Part shown: piece after piece, positions 15,569-27,170 of the stretch
How positions within the stretch are numbered: the stretch's first letter is position 1
How the letters are laid out: every line of letters starts with the position of its first letter
From: Eledone cirrhosa
Lineage: Eukaryota
DNA: 50,898 nucleotides
Assembly: GCA_964016885.1 (NCBI GenBank)
Contig: CAXHJY010001370.1
Coordinates: 1 to 50,898 of the forward strand
Direction: 5' to 3'
The notes under the pieces: generated by a model
The model's input: the letters and a program-made list of their open reading frames with translations, nothing else
What the model was told of the DNA's origin: nothing
Database searches by the model: none
Translations under genes and position numbers: made by a program

Positions 15569-15609
15569 GTGCACCTTTCGTCCTTTTTCTCCAACTTTTC
15601 TTCACCAAC

Positions 15610-18600
15610 ATGGCTGGTTTACGAGTTGGAACCGTGAATGTGCGTGGCCTAGGGATGCCCTGGAAACAGGGCCAACTTTTAAACGACCTTAGGTCACACA
15701 GTATGGATGTGATAGCCATCACCGAGTCCAGAATCCACAACAGGCAGCAACTAACCCTCATCTTCGACGACTTTGAGATCTACGCATCTCTCTGTCAGCC
15801 AGGAGGTGGAGGTGGAGTGGCTGTTATGTTTCGGAAGAACCTGGACGTCGGAGTACAGCAAGTACACTTGGACCCGGAGGGTAGACTGGTAGTCCTAGAC
15901 GTGAACAGTATCGGAGGTGGAGCCTTCAGACTGGTGGCCGTTTATGCCCCGACCGGGCAATCGCAATCACGGCCAGATTTCTTTAAGCGTCTAGAGTCTT
16001 TTCTGGGAACGTCTCGCTCCTTACTTTTAGTGGGGGACTGGAATGGTATCCTAGATGCACGATGGGACTATGTGGGAGCATGTCCCAGTAGAGCGGGGTG
16101 CAACAGCCTCAAAACTTTAATCAGCCAATTCCAACTGGCCGATAAGTATCGACTGGATTTCCCGACTGCACCACAGTGGACGTGGGTAAACCGCAGTGGG
16201 ACATCTAGATCGTATTTAGATAGGTTCTTCATTAGAGAAAGGGACAAGGAGATGTTAAGCTGTCCACGAATGCACATGATTGCCTATTCAGACCACAAGT
16301 TAGTCGTCTGCTTAGTCAACCGTGATAGAATACATAGACAGGGTCCCAGATACTGGAAGCTGAACGTGTCGTTGCCGGCACGTAAAGCTTACAGTGAACG
16401 GATAAGTAGACTAGTCAAGCAACAGTTAACGGGAGCCATCGTCAACAATAGATGGTGGTACTCTCTCAAGAAAGTAATTAGAATAGAATCGATAGGGTAT
16501 AGCAGAGAGTTAGCCTTAGAGAAAAACAGAATAGAAAGAGAACTAGTAGCCAAGGTAGAGGAGGCACTTAGAAGTGGCAACGCGGCTAGAGTGTTAGCGT
16601 CGAGAATGGCACTGGACCAGTTCTTCGATGCGAAACACGAAGGCTGCGTGGTCAGAAGCAAAACACGTGCTCTAGGAAACGAAGGAGCGAAAGCTGTCAG
16701 CTGGGCCCGAGTGGCGGAGGCAAAAAGTGGCAACAAGTCCACGATTCGGTCTTTGAAAGACCAAAACGGACGCGTGCTACTTGACCCCAAGCAAATGTGC
16801 GCGGCTTTTCAGCGGCACTTTGCGCGACTGTTTGAGCAGAACGACGGTGAGCCGAACGGGGCAATGGACTTTAGTTCATACCTCGATGGCCTGCCGCGTC
16901 TCTCAAACACGGACGCCGAGTTCTGCGAAAGACCGATCACGGACACTGAGATACGGGACGCTCTGGGCCGCTGCGGGAAACGCAAGTCACCCGGTCTAGA
17001 TGGTCTACCCTACGAATTTTACATAGGCATGCCGGACTTGTTCTCTGGCGTCCTCGAAGCCGTCTACTGCAATTGGCAGCAGAACGGGAGAATTCCCAGT
17101 TCTGCAGGCAAGGGCGTAGTAACGCTGATCAGGAAAGACGAGAACAAGGGGGACGAAATTAACAACTTCAGGCCCATAACTCTGCTCAACACAGAGTTAA
17201 AGATTTTGGCCAAGGTGCTAGCGACGAGGTTGGCGCTTGTCGTCGAGAACCTGGTAGGGAAAGCGCAAACGTGTGCAATCCCGACCAGGTCCATACACGA
17301 CAACCTCCACCTCATGCGATACATCATAGAGGGTGGGTAGTAAACCCGGCTTCGGTGGGGCTCTGATCAACTTGGATCAGTCTAAGGCATTCGATAGGGT
17401 CGACCATCGATACTTGGAAGCGGTTCTCAAGGCGGCCGGTTTCGGTCCCGTGTTCAGAGGATGGATCGAGGCGATGCACACCAGCATCTGCTCGAGGGTC
17501 AAGGTGAACGGCTACCTATCGGAGCCGTTCGCAATCACGCGTTCCATTCGACAGGGATGCCCTCTCTCCTCCATTCTGTATGTATTGACTCTAGAACCAC
17601 TACTGCGGAAATTGGAGCTGTTGCAGGGCATCCCCCTAGAACCGGGACTGCGCAAAGCTGCGTCGGCTTATGCCGACGACGTAACGGTAATGGTGTCGAG
17701 CACCTCGGAAATCGGGGTGATCGGCAACATACTGAAAGAATACGAAACGCTGACGGGAGCAAAACTAAACCCAGACAAGTCTGTCGGTTTGCAACTCGGT
17801 ACGTGGAGAGTCAAACCGATGACATCCGACAGCGTCGTTGGACGCTGGACGGACGGACCGGTGAAATTGCTCGGGGTCTGGTTCGGTCCAGACCTCCAGG
17901 TGGAGAAAAACTGGAACGAGGTCACGGCCAAGGTGTTTGCACTCACTCAGAAGTGGGCAGAGTGCAAACTGTCCTTGAAAGGTCGAGCGGAGGTGGCGAA
18001 CACTTTCATAGCGTCCGTCATCTACTACCGCTTGACTGTCGTGCCTTGTCCCCGTGAACACCTCGTCAAGATGGAACGCATGCTCTTCCAGTTTCTGTGG
18101 AAGAAGCAGGCTCCGCTGGTGAGGAGATCCGTCTGCTGTCAGCACCCTTCCAACGGAGGGCTGGGAATGCCGTGGCTGATGATACGCAAACATGCGCTGA
18201 GGCTGCGGCATCTCCAGGTATTCCTCACCGACCCCCAACCGGTGTGGGCACCGTTTGTGAGACAGGCTTTCCCACAGCTCGTCTCGCTAACGGAGCTGCA
18301 GTCCTGGGTGAAGAAAAGACCGAAAACGATGGGCGCCTGGCACATTGAATGCGCTCAGGCGCTCACAGTCCTCTGGCAAGCGGGCGCAGCATTCAGTGGA
18401 GACTCCACTTCGACATTCTATAGAGGGATTGTACGTGACAAGGGCGACGACGTGCTCGGAGAGACTCTGGGCGTCGAAGACGATGAGCTCACCAGTCTGT
18501 TTGGTAGGACTTTCCGCCCGGGACCTATGGACAATTTCCAGAGGTCCCTGGCCTGGCAGTGCTACCGAGGAGCTCTACAGGTTCGTGACAAGATCTACAG

Positions 18601-19054
18601 GCACGGACGCCCTGGCAGGGATCCTTCCAAGAGGACGTGTCCAAGATGTGCGCAGGACATTGAAACAGTTCTGCACGCAATTGTACACTGCCCGGGCGTA
18701 ACCGACCTGTGGAACTATGCAGAACAACTGCTGTCGCGTATGGGACAAATCCAGTTGACTGCCGAGTCCATAGTAAGGATCAAACCGCCAGACTCTTTCA
18801 AAAACGAAAGAGAGGCGGTTTTCCTCTGTACGGTGGCTATGGTGAAAGAAGTTATATGGTGGACGAGGTTGAGAGGACTGAGGACAGATGCCTTTCTCTC
18901 CGGACAACAATTGATTCCCTTCTTTAAGTATCACTTTAGAAGGAGAATCAGGGTGGAGAGAGAGGCACTGCACCCCAGTAAATTTACTGAAAGGTGGGTG
19001 AATGAAGCGAAAATGGCCCGAGTGATTGGGCCTTCTCTGTTTATAAGCCTGTAG
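15610..19054 (+). CDS. Tx1 ORF2 APE-RT, one frameshift (2-nt deletion) at ~17330
   Basis: ORFs 15610-17340 and 17333-19054 are collinear with copy 1 ORF2; GDWN, SDH, YADD, CPRC motifs. Confidence 0.95.
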
Positions 19055-19500
19055 GTTGAGGAAGAGAGCAAAAGGAAGAAAGGAGCACTTGCACGCTCCT
19101 GGAGTTGAGGGTTGTTCTATCGACGGGGTATTAACCAACCCATTTGTGGCGCCTTTCCCCTATTGGGGATTTCGATTGTTGAAATTGTTTGTTTTTATAT
19201 TTTTTACACGACTGTATGTAAAATCCCCGGCATGTCTTTGTATTGTCCCCTTTTCTTGTTGCGCCCTTGTGGCTAATAAAGAAATCTATCTATCTATCTA
19301 TCTACACACACGAACACATATTTTAATACAATACATAATACTATAATTCTGATTCTACATAATATAAATAGTTTCGTTAATTATTTCCACTTCGGCTATT
19401 CTATGTATGTGTTTTAAGCTACTGTCTGAGAAGTACTATAAGACTACTAGTATTTTAAATAGTTATAATTACTCTGCTAAAACATTTGATGAATAAATTA

Positions 19501-19725
19501 GAGCGATGGATTAGCAGAATCGGTAGAGCATCGGACAATATGCTTTGTGGTATAGAGTAGCGGCACTTTACACTCTGAGTTCAAATACCACAAAGGTTAG
19601 CTTTGCTTTTCATCCTTACGGGGTCGATAAAATAAAACAACAGTAATGCACTGGGGTTGATTTAATTGACTTTATCCCCTGCAAAAAAAAAGAAATTGCT
19701 GGCCTTGTGCCCAAAATAGAAACAA
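19501..19725 (+). mobile_element. tRNA-derived SINE
   Basis: A-box TAGCAGAATCGG, B-box GAGTTCAAATAC, shared core and tail. Confidence 0.8.
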
Positions 19726-20189
19726 TAAATACCTGATTAAGAGAGGAATTGATACAGGCAAAACCTATTTGATTTATAACTAAAAACCGACAATACATTT
19801 AAAGCAGATAATATTTCCTTACATTGATAATTGTTTTGAAGATTTTAGCTCAAAATTAAACAAAAAAAAAAAAAAATTATAATTTAAAAAAATTAAACAA
19901 ATATACTTTCATAAATTTTAATGATAAAATATGAATACCACTAAATACTATTTGCATTTTAGAAAGTTATAATGTTAAATTTTTACTACTTTCTGTAATT
20001 CAATTTTCAATTACAATTTTTACCGCCAAAAATATCTACCATGCTGCTACTCACATATGGTATCATTAGCAGGAATATTTCTAGTCTCTGATGTGCAATA
20101 TTTTTATTGCGAGACGTCAAGGCTATCATAAGATGACATGGATTTAAAATTTTAACCTAGATTTTCGAATTCGTAATTTTTGTGATAAT

Positions 20190-20374
20190 TGTTTCTTCTT
20201 TTGGCACAAGTCCAGTCATGTTAAGGGAAAGGGAACATCGATTAAATCGATCCCATTGCCTCACTGGTACTTTATTTTATCGATCCCGTAAGGATGAGCA
20301 GCAAAGCTAACGTCGGTGGCATTTGAAATCAGAACGTATAGTGCCGTAACTTCGATATCGCCAATTCAGCGCCC
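20190..20374 (-). mobile_element. tRNA-derived SINE
   Basis: Reverse complement of the same core. Confidence 0.7.
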
Positions 20375-20805
20375 TTTTATTTTGTATAATTAGCGTACTA
20401 ATTAAAAAAAATATTCGTTGCGAGTACAATTTCTAATTAGATAAATATTCTTCTATTTGCATGCTGTGTCTTCTTCCTATATAGTCACTCAGCTTGCTAG
20501 AAATAGCAACAAAACTGTCTCCCCTATTTCTTTAATGAAGAAAGATTTGCCCTTGAAGAATGTAGCCTCAAATGTGCAAAAAAGACATGATGGTCATGAC
20601 TCAAACAGAGTTGACCTGGGGGTAAACAACAATAGTATAGTTTCCGTTTATACTGATATATCTCATTAACAATGAATGCTTTAGTCCTTTTCTCTCTTCT
20701 TCTTTTTGTATATACATTCACACATACAAATGATATACAAACGCACATACACACACACACACACACACACATATATGTGTGTGTGTGAGCGTGTGTGTAT
20801 GTATA

Positions 20806-20847
<42 letters not shown>

Positions 20848-20851
<4 letters not shown>

Positions 20852-21093
20852 AAGGTATGTGATTCGAAGGCTGTGACAATGCGAAAGATGTGGTACGGTT
20901 TAAGATGAAAGAAGTTAACAAAAGATAAAAGACGGCACATAAACGCTGAGACGTTGTCTTTATTTTCCAATGTTTTGGATTTCTGATTTGAATAAAGAAC
21001 ATATAAAACAGATCAGCTTTGTTACCTTCTTTTATCTTAAATCGTACCACATCTTTCGCATTGTCACAGCCTTCGAATTCCATACCTTTTTAT
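20848..21093. repeat. ~80 bp inverted repeat pair beside (TA)n, probable Penelope-type remnant
   Basis: TTCGAAGGCTGTGACAATGCGAAAGATGTGGTACG and its reverse complement at ~21040-21077. Confidence 0.75.
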
Positions 21094-21147
21094 ACTTAAC
21101 GTACAATGCTTCAAGCAAACTACAACACTATCTTATATCTATTATAG

Positions 21148-21258
21148 TTAAACCATGCAGTAGCAACCCATGTAAAAACAATGGAATCTGTGTAAACGAA
21201 GATTATGAATTTAGTTGCAAGTGCCAAGGCGGCTTTAGAGGAGATCTCTGTGCTATAG
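21148..21258 (+). CDS. EGF-like exon (KPCSSNPCKNNGICVNEDYEFSCKCQGGFRGDLCAI)
   Basis: ttatag| ... |gtatgt, 111 bp. Confidence 0.92.
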
Positions 21259-21945
21259 GTATGTATAGCTATTAATTGTTTAAATGATTTATTGATTCAG
21301 AATGTTTTTGAAAAATAATCTTTTTCATTTTTACGTTTTCATTGCCTGTTATAAATAAAATTAAGGGTATGTATGGCAGAGAGTTCAAAAAGTTAATTTC
21401 GCAACCATGTTTGGTCTCATTAAGACGACATTCGGTAGGCCAGTACTGCATTGATGTATGCCGTATATATTGTATTGTAGGCCCCCATCGGTCACAAATG
21501 ACCATGGTTTTGCACTGGAAAGTTCCTCTTCGAAGTTCAAGCCTGGCCAAGATGTGTTTATAGAAGACCAGCAGTTGCCCATGCATAACAGTCTCCCTCT
21601 CCACGCCACCGATGTGTCCAAGATAAAAGGCATTGGGCAATAACCGATAGAGCTTTGCACAAGTGACGTAGCAATTTATCAAACGCACTAACAATGTTAG
21701 GGTTAAATATAGGTTAGAATTAAATAAATAGCGATACCTCTCCTATATATATTCTGAAATACATAATTAATTTCTCTCCAGGTTCAACTACAATGAGTAC
21801 CACCATTGCATTTTACAGTTTCAAGACAGAAATAAACAATTCTTTTTGATTCCTACAATAACTTAAAAAATTGGAACATTACCTAAAAGAATTATATGCA
21901 GCATCATGCTGCATAAATAACATTATTTTGTATGTGGAATATAAA

Positions 21946-22135
21946 GCGGTGGTGGATTGGCAGTATCGGTAGAGGGTCGGACGCCATGCTTTCCAGCATA
22001 GTTACGTCCCTTTACGATCTGAGTTCAAATCCCGCCGAGGTTGACTTTGCCTTTCATCCTTACGGGGTCGATAAAATAAAGTACCAGTAATGCACTGGGT
22101 AATTGCTGGCCTTGTGCCTAAAGTAGAAACAATTA
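21946..22135 (+). mobile_element. Young tRNA-derived SINE; core resembles the Meta/MESC-type SINE core
   Basis: A-box TGGCAGTATCGG, B-box GAGTTCAAATCC; near-identical to copies at 23480 and 50107. Confidence 0.87.
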
Positions 22136-22229
22136 TTTTGTATGTGGAATAATACATTTTTGGCGAAGAATAGATATCCAATATACATATTTAATCTTGC
22201 AACAATATAGTAATATTGAAAATAGAACC

Positions 22230-22339
<110 letters not shown>

Positions 22340-22410
22340 TTTATAAGTTTACAGTAAATCATTTAAAATCGTCTGTTATGCTTTATAATTGCATTGTAAA
22401 CCTTTTCCAG

Positions 22411-22521
22411 CACCACCATGTCATAAAAAACCATGCCAAAATGGAGGAAAATGTATTAACAAAGGTGATGACTACACCTGTCAGTGTCCATTACATCACG
22501 CAGAAAAGGATTGCTCCAAAG
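22411..22521 (+). CDS. EGF-like exon (PPCHKKPCQNGGKCINKGDDYTCQCPLHHAEKDCSK)
   Basis: ttccag| ... |gtatat, 111 bp. Confidence 0.9.
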
Positions 22522-22810
22522 GTATATACACATCAATATGTATGCATGTCTGTATGTATGTATGTCAGGTCGCTCTTGAGTGCTACTGGTAACATGTACA
22601 ACCCATCGTATGCCCAGGTCGTCGGCGACTAAACCGGCAACCCACCAGGTTTACTTGGTGAGGAGGGTGATTTTGGACACCCTGCAGGAAAAAAAAACAA
22701 CATGACAATGGGCGGAAGATCTCATAGGAGTAAACGACCATCCTAAAATGTGTAAATATGTATATACATATATGCATGTGTATACAGGTATATATATATA
22801 TATATATATA

Positions 22811-23159
22811 TATAAAGAAAAAGAGATGATATCGAAAATGCAACTGGAGTCTTATTTAAAAAAAAATATATATATTTATTTGGTTCCTTTACCGATTTCG
22901 CAGTTCTTCTGCTTTTCAAAAGGTGAGTTGAGATGGAGGGTCTGTGGTTTTTCAGATGTGAAAAAAACCACAGACCCTCCATCTCAACTCACCTTTTGAA
23001 AAGCAGAAGAACTGCGAAATCGGTAAAGGAACCAAATAAATATATATATTTTTTTTTAAATAAGACTCCAGTTGCATTTTCGATTTCATCTCTTTTTCTT
23101 TATACTTTCACTCGTGTAGGACACCTCGGTTATTTTTCACTTTGTAAAAAAAACCTCAC

Positions 23160-23165
<6 letters not shown>
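22811..23165. mobile_element. Palindromic Penelope-type non-coding element (~145 bp arms plus one-sided tail)
   Basis: 22811-22953 is the near-perfect reverse complement of 22959-23104; (TA)n on both sides; hammerhead motif in the arms. Confidence 0.75.
22992..23029 (+). ncRNA. Minimal type I hammerhead ribozyme, U3-A8 core variant
   Basis: CCTT-TTGAAAA-GCAG(aagaa)CTGC-GAAA-TCGG-TA-AAGG; minus-strand copies at 22886-22923 and 23285-23322. Confidence 0.7.
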
Positions 23166-23196
<31 letters not shown>

Positions 23197-23427
23197 TGCA
23201 TATATTTATATACATATTTACACATTTTAGGATGGTCGTGTACTCCTATGACATCTTCCACCCATTGTCATGTTTTGTTTGGTTCCTTTACCGGTTTCGC
23301 AGTTCTTCTGCTTTTCAAAAGTAGAGTTGAGATGGAGGGTCTGTGGTTTTTCTCATAGTATCCAAGGAAAACTTCAACCGTTAAGGTATGTTCCTTGGCC
23401 ATGTCAAAATTTATAAAACACACTTTG

Positions 23428-23482
23428 TATTATATCTGATGAAAGCGTACCAAGGTTTTTGGTACCCTTGAAATATATATAA
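23428..23482 (+). ncRNA. Type I hammerhead ribozyme interrupted in stem I by a SINE
   Basis: CTGATGA-AAGcGTACCAA(ggttt)TTGGTACcCTT-GAAA-TATATA-TA; homologous to 33529-33602. Confidence 0.65.
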
Positions 23483-23665
23483 TTGTTTCTACTTTAGGCA
23501 CAAGGCCAGCAATTATCCAGTGCATTACTGGTACTTTATTTTATCGACCCCGTAAGGATGAAAGGCAAAGTCAACCTCGGCGGAATTTGAACTCAGATCG
23601 TAAAGGGACGTAACTATGCTGGAAAGCATGGCGTCCGACCCTCTACCGATACTGCCAATCCACCG
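23480..23665 (-). mobile_element. Young tRNA-derived SINE
   Basis: Near-exact reverse complement of 21950-22135. Confidence 0.87.
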
Positions 23666-23718
23666 AATAGAATAAATATGGTTTTATAAATATAGTTTCC
23701 ATTTATTTCATATCATTG

Positions 23719-24005
<287 letters not shown>

Positions 24006-24260
24006 ATATATATATATATATACAACAAAGAAAGTATGGTAAGATACCAGGCGGACCAGAGTACTCGATATTTAGGGTAGTAGAGTGGGTAATAGGAAAA
24101 GAGTCAGGACCCCGACGGCTGAGCTCCGACCGTTTCGACAGCTAGACCGTAACATATATATAATATTGGGTTAAAATAAAGATGTTTTGGGAAATCAAAA
24201 AATATTTTTGTCGTGTTAAATTTTCAAGTATTTTATAATTACACCATAAATCTATTTCAG

Positions 24261-24371
24261 AACTACCGTGTCTTAAAAAACCATGTCAGAATGGTGGAAC
24301 GTGTACTAACGAAAAGGATGATTTCAGCTGCCAATGTCCACCATATTACAGAGGAAAGGACTGCTCTATTG
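24261..24371 (+). CDS. EGF-like exon ([36 protein letters not shown])
   Basis: tttcag| ... |gtatat. Confidence 0.92.
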
Positions 24372-24490
24372 GTATATATACTTACTATAATATATCTACA
24401 GCGATATCTATGTTATCAAATTAACTTTTTAGAATATCTATTTACAGCTTCTATCGTGTTAATCTAACTGATCTCATACCTCCTTTACAG

Positions 24491-24601
24491 AACCACTGTG
24501 TCTTAAAAAGCCATGTCAGAATGGTGGGAAATGTATTAACGAAGAGAATGATTATAGCTGTGACTGTCCACAATATTACAAAGGAAAGGATTGTTCTATA
24601 G
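24491..24601 (+). CDS. EGF-like exon (PLCLKKPCQNGGKCINEENDYSCDCPQYYKGKDCSI)
   Basis: ttacag| ... |gtaatt. Confidence 0.92.
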   Translation, partial: NHCVLKSHVRMVGNVLTKRMIIAVTVHNITKERIVL

Positions 24602-24905
24602 GTAATTATATTTCATCTTTCTTCTCATACATATATATATAGAGACATTTTAGCGAGAGGAAATTTTGTTTTCAGCTTGATTAAAAGGTCCGGCTAATAG
24701 ATAATGGGTTCGGGATGATAATACAAATGTGGACCCTGAACTAATCATCTGTGAAGCGCATGTAACTGGTCAATAATCAATAAAACATTCATGTGAAACT
24801 TCGTCATGATAAATATATATGCAATCTGCTCTCACATTAAATGCTGATATTGTACCATCTCCAGCAACCCACAACATTACTGGATAACCTAAGCTATATA
24901 TACTC

Positions 24906-24952
<47 letters not shown>

Positions 24953-25067
24953 AGTGTGTGTGTGTTTGTATATGTATATATATATATATACACAAACACA
25001 CACACTCACATACATACACATATATATATGTATATATGAGAATGATAATATTATATATATTTGTGTT

Positions 25068-25109
<42 letters not shown>

Positions 25110-25114
<5 letters not shown>

Positions 25115-25593
25115 AAGAAGTTAATATACCCAAGGATACTAAGTACCCCTGGAAATATATAGGTTGTCTATAATTCAAGGTTGTTCAATGGTATTAATTT
25201 GACATACCAGAACTATAATATTAAGATAAGCAGAACAAGCAAAATTCAACCAATTTTTTTAAATAAATTAAAAAATATAATTTAAATATTTACCTATCCT
25301 TTTCGCCCTGACCGATCGGTTTCGCTTTGTAAAACACCAGAAATCCAATGGATTTCTAATGGAAAATCAAAGTTCATCAGAGAAGCATTTTTCTTTCCTT
25401 CCTGGGTCTTTAGCCCTAGGAAAGAAAAATGCTTCTCTGATGAACTTTGATTTTCCATTAGAAATCCATTGGATTTGTGGTGTTTTACAAAGCGAAACCG
25501 ATCGGTCAGGGCGAAAAGGATAGGTAAATATTTAAATTATATTTTTTAATTTATTTTAAAAAATTGGTTGAATTTTGCTTGTTCTGCTTATCT

Positions 25594-25595
<2 letters not shown>
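25110..25595. mobile_element. Palindromic Penelope-type element (~178 bp arms plus one-sided tail) with a hammerhead on each arm
   Basis: 25222-25399 is the reverse complement of 25418-25595. Confidence 0.8.
25430..25513 (+). ncRNA. Type I hammerhead ribozyme with long stem II and palindromic stem III
   Basis: CTGATGA-aCTTTG...CAAAGc-GAA-ACCGATCGGT-C-AGGG; GUC site; mirror copy at ~25304-25387 (-). Confidence 0.75.
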
Positions 25596-25687
<92 letters not shown>

Positions 25688-25849
25688 CACACAAACACAC
25701 ACACTCACATACACACACATATATATATGTATATATGAGAATGATAATATTAGGCATTTATAAAGATCTTTCATGAATCTCAGAAAATATTTTTGTCCTG
25801 AGTTAGATTTTCAAGTCTTTTTTATGATTATACCGTAAATCTTTTACAG

Positions 25850-25960
25850 AACCACCCTGTCTTAAAAAACCATGTCAGAATGGTGGAAATTGTACAAATG
25901 AAGACGATGATTTCAGCTGTGAGTGTCCACAATATTACAGAGGAAAGGACTGTTCTATAG
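25850..25960 (+). CDS. EGF-like exon (PPCLKKPCQNGGNCTNEDDDFSCECPQYYRGKDCSI)
   Basis: ttacag| ... |gtattt. Confidence 0.92.
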   Translation, partial: NHPVLKNHVRMVEIVQMKTMISAVSVHNITEERTVL

Positions 25961-26462
25961 GTATTTATATTTCTTGTTTTCTCGCATACATATATTCAGA
26001 AATATTTAAAGGCGATGAAAGTTTCCTTTTAGCTTAATTAATAGGTTTGATAAAGTAACTGATGCTCGGGGCAGGTATATAGGACAAATATTGATCCCGA
26101 GCCAATCATCTGTGAAATGTACATAACTTGTCAATAATCAATAAAATACGTTAAATATGATATATACAATCTTCTTTAACATCAAGTGCTTATATTGTAT
26201 CACCTCTAGTAACCCATGAATTTACTGAATAATCTAAACTATTTGAGAAAACAAGACCATTCTTCAGCAATAAGCATATAAAAAATCGGAATATGTTTTA
26301 TCTGTTTTTTTTTCATCACTGTTTTATCTGTTTTTTTTCTGTTCAAATTCTAGCTCTCTGATGAGGTCATAGTTGTTGCATAATGGTTATCACCGAAATA
26401 TATATAACACCGAATATGATTAAATCAAGTTTATTTTAACCTGTTGACTTACACTTCTTGTT

Positions 26463-26540
<78 letters not shown>

Positions 26541-26543
<3 letters not shown>

Positions 26544-26750
26544 ATAATAATAAATTTGAAGACTAAAATTCAAAGAGGGCTCGATAAGGATAAATATATA
26601 TCAGATATATAAGAACCGTAGAGCAAATATTTATAAAAATAACAGATTAAAGTTTAAGCAATGAATCGCTGCTTTCACCCTTAACGGGATCTTCAGAAGA
26701 TCCCGATAAGGGTGAAAGCAGCGATTCTTTGCTTAAACTTTAATCTGTTA

Positions 26751-26756
<6 letters not shown>
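26541..26756 (-). mobile_element. Penelope 3' end with snap-back inversion, in (TA)n
   Basis: Near-identical to 33864-34018, then folds back at GGGATCTTC-A-GAAGATCCC. Confidence 0.8.
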
Positions 26757-26805
<49 letters not shown>

Positions 26806-26828
26806 GTATATATGTATATATGTATATA

Positions 26829-26915
<87 letters not shown>

Positions 26916-26949
26916 GTATATATATATATAAATGTATATATATATATAA

Positions 26950-26999
<50 letters not shown>

Positions 27000-27022
27000 G
27001 TATATATGTATATATGTATATA

Positions 27023-27071
<49 letters not shown>

Positions 27072-27100
27072 GTATATATGTACATATGTATATATATATG

Positions 27101-27135
<35 letters not shown>

Positions 27136-27170
27136 GTATATATATATATATGTATATATATGTATATTTA

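Larger units (their letters stand above)
13481..19283 (+). mobile_element. Full-length Tx1-clade non-LTR retrotransposon, copy 2 (related but distinct family), in (ATCT)n
   Basis: Same architecture as copy 1; AATAAA-GAA then (ATCT)5. Confidence 0.93.

Noticed and set aside
8422-19138. Many antisense and alternate-frame ORFs inside the Tx1 elements
   Set aside because: Shadows of GC-rich or low-complexity coding sequence; no motifs.
21955-22035. tRNA gene
   Set aside because: A and B boxes belong to SINE heads; no cloverleaf.
26351-26410. CTGATGAG...CGAAA hammerhead-like motif with long stem II
   Set aside because: No stem I partner found; treated as a decayed remnant.
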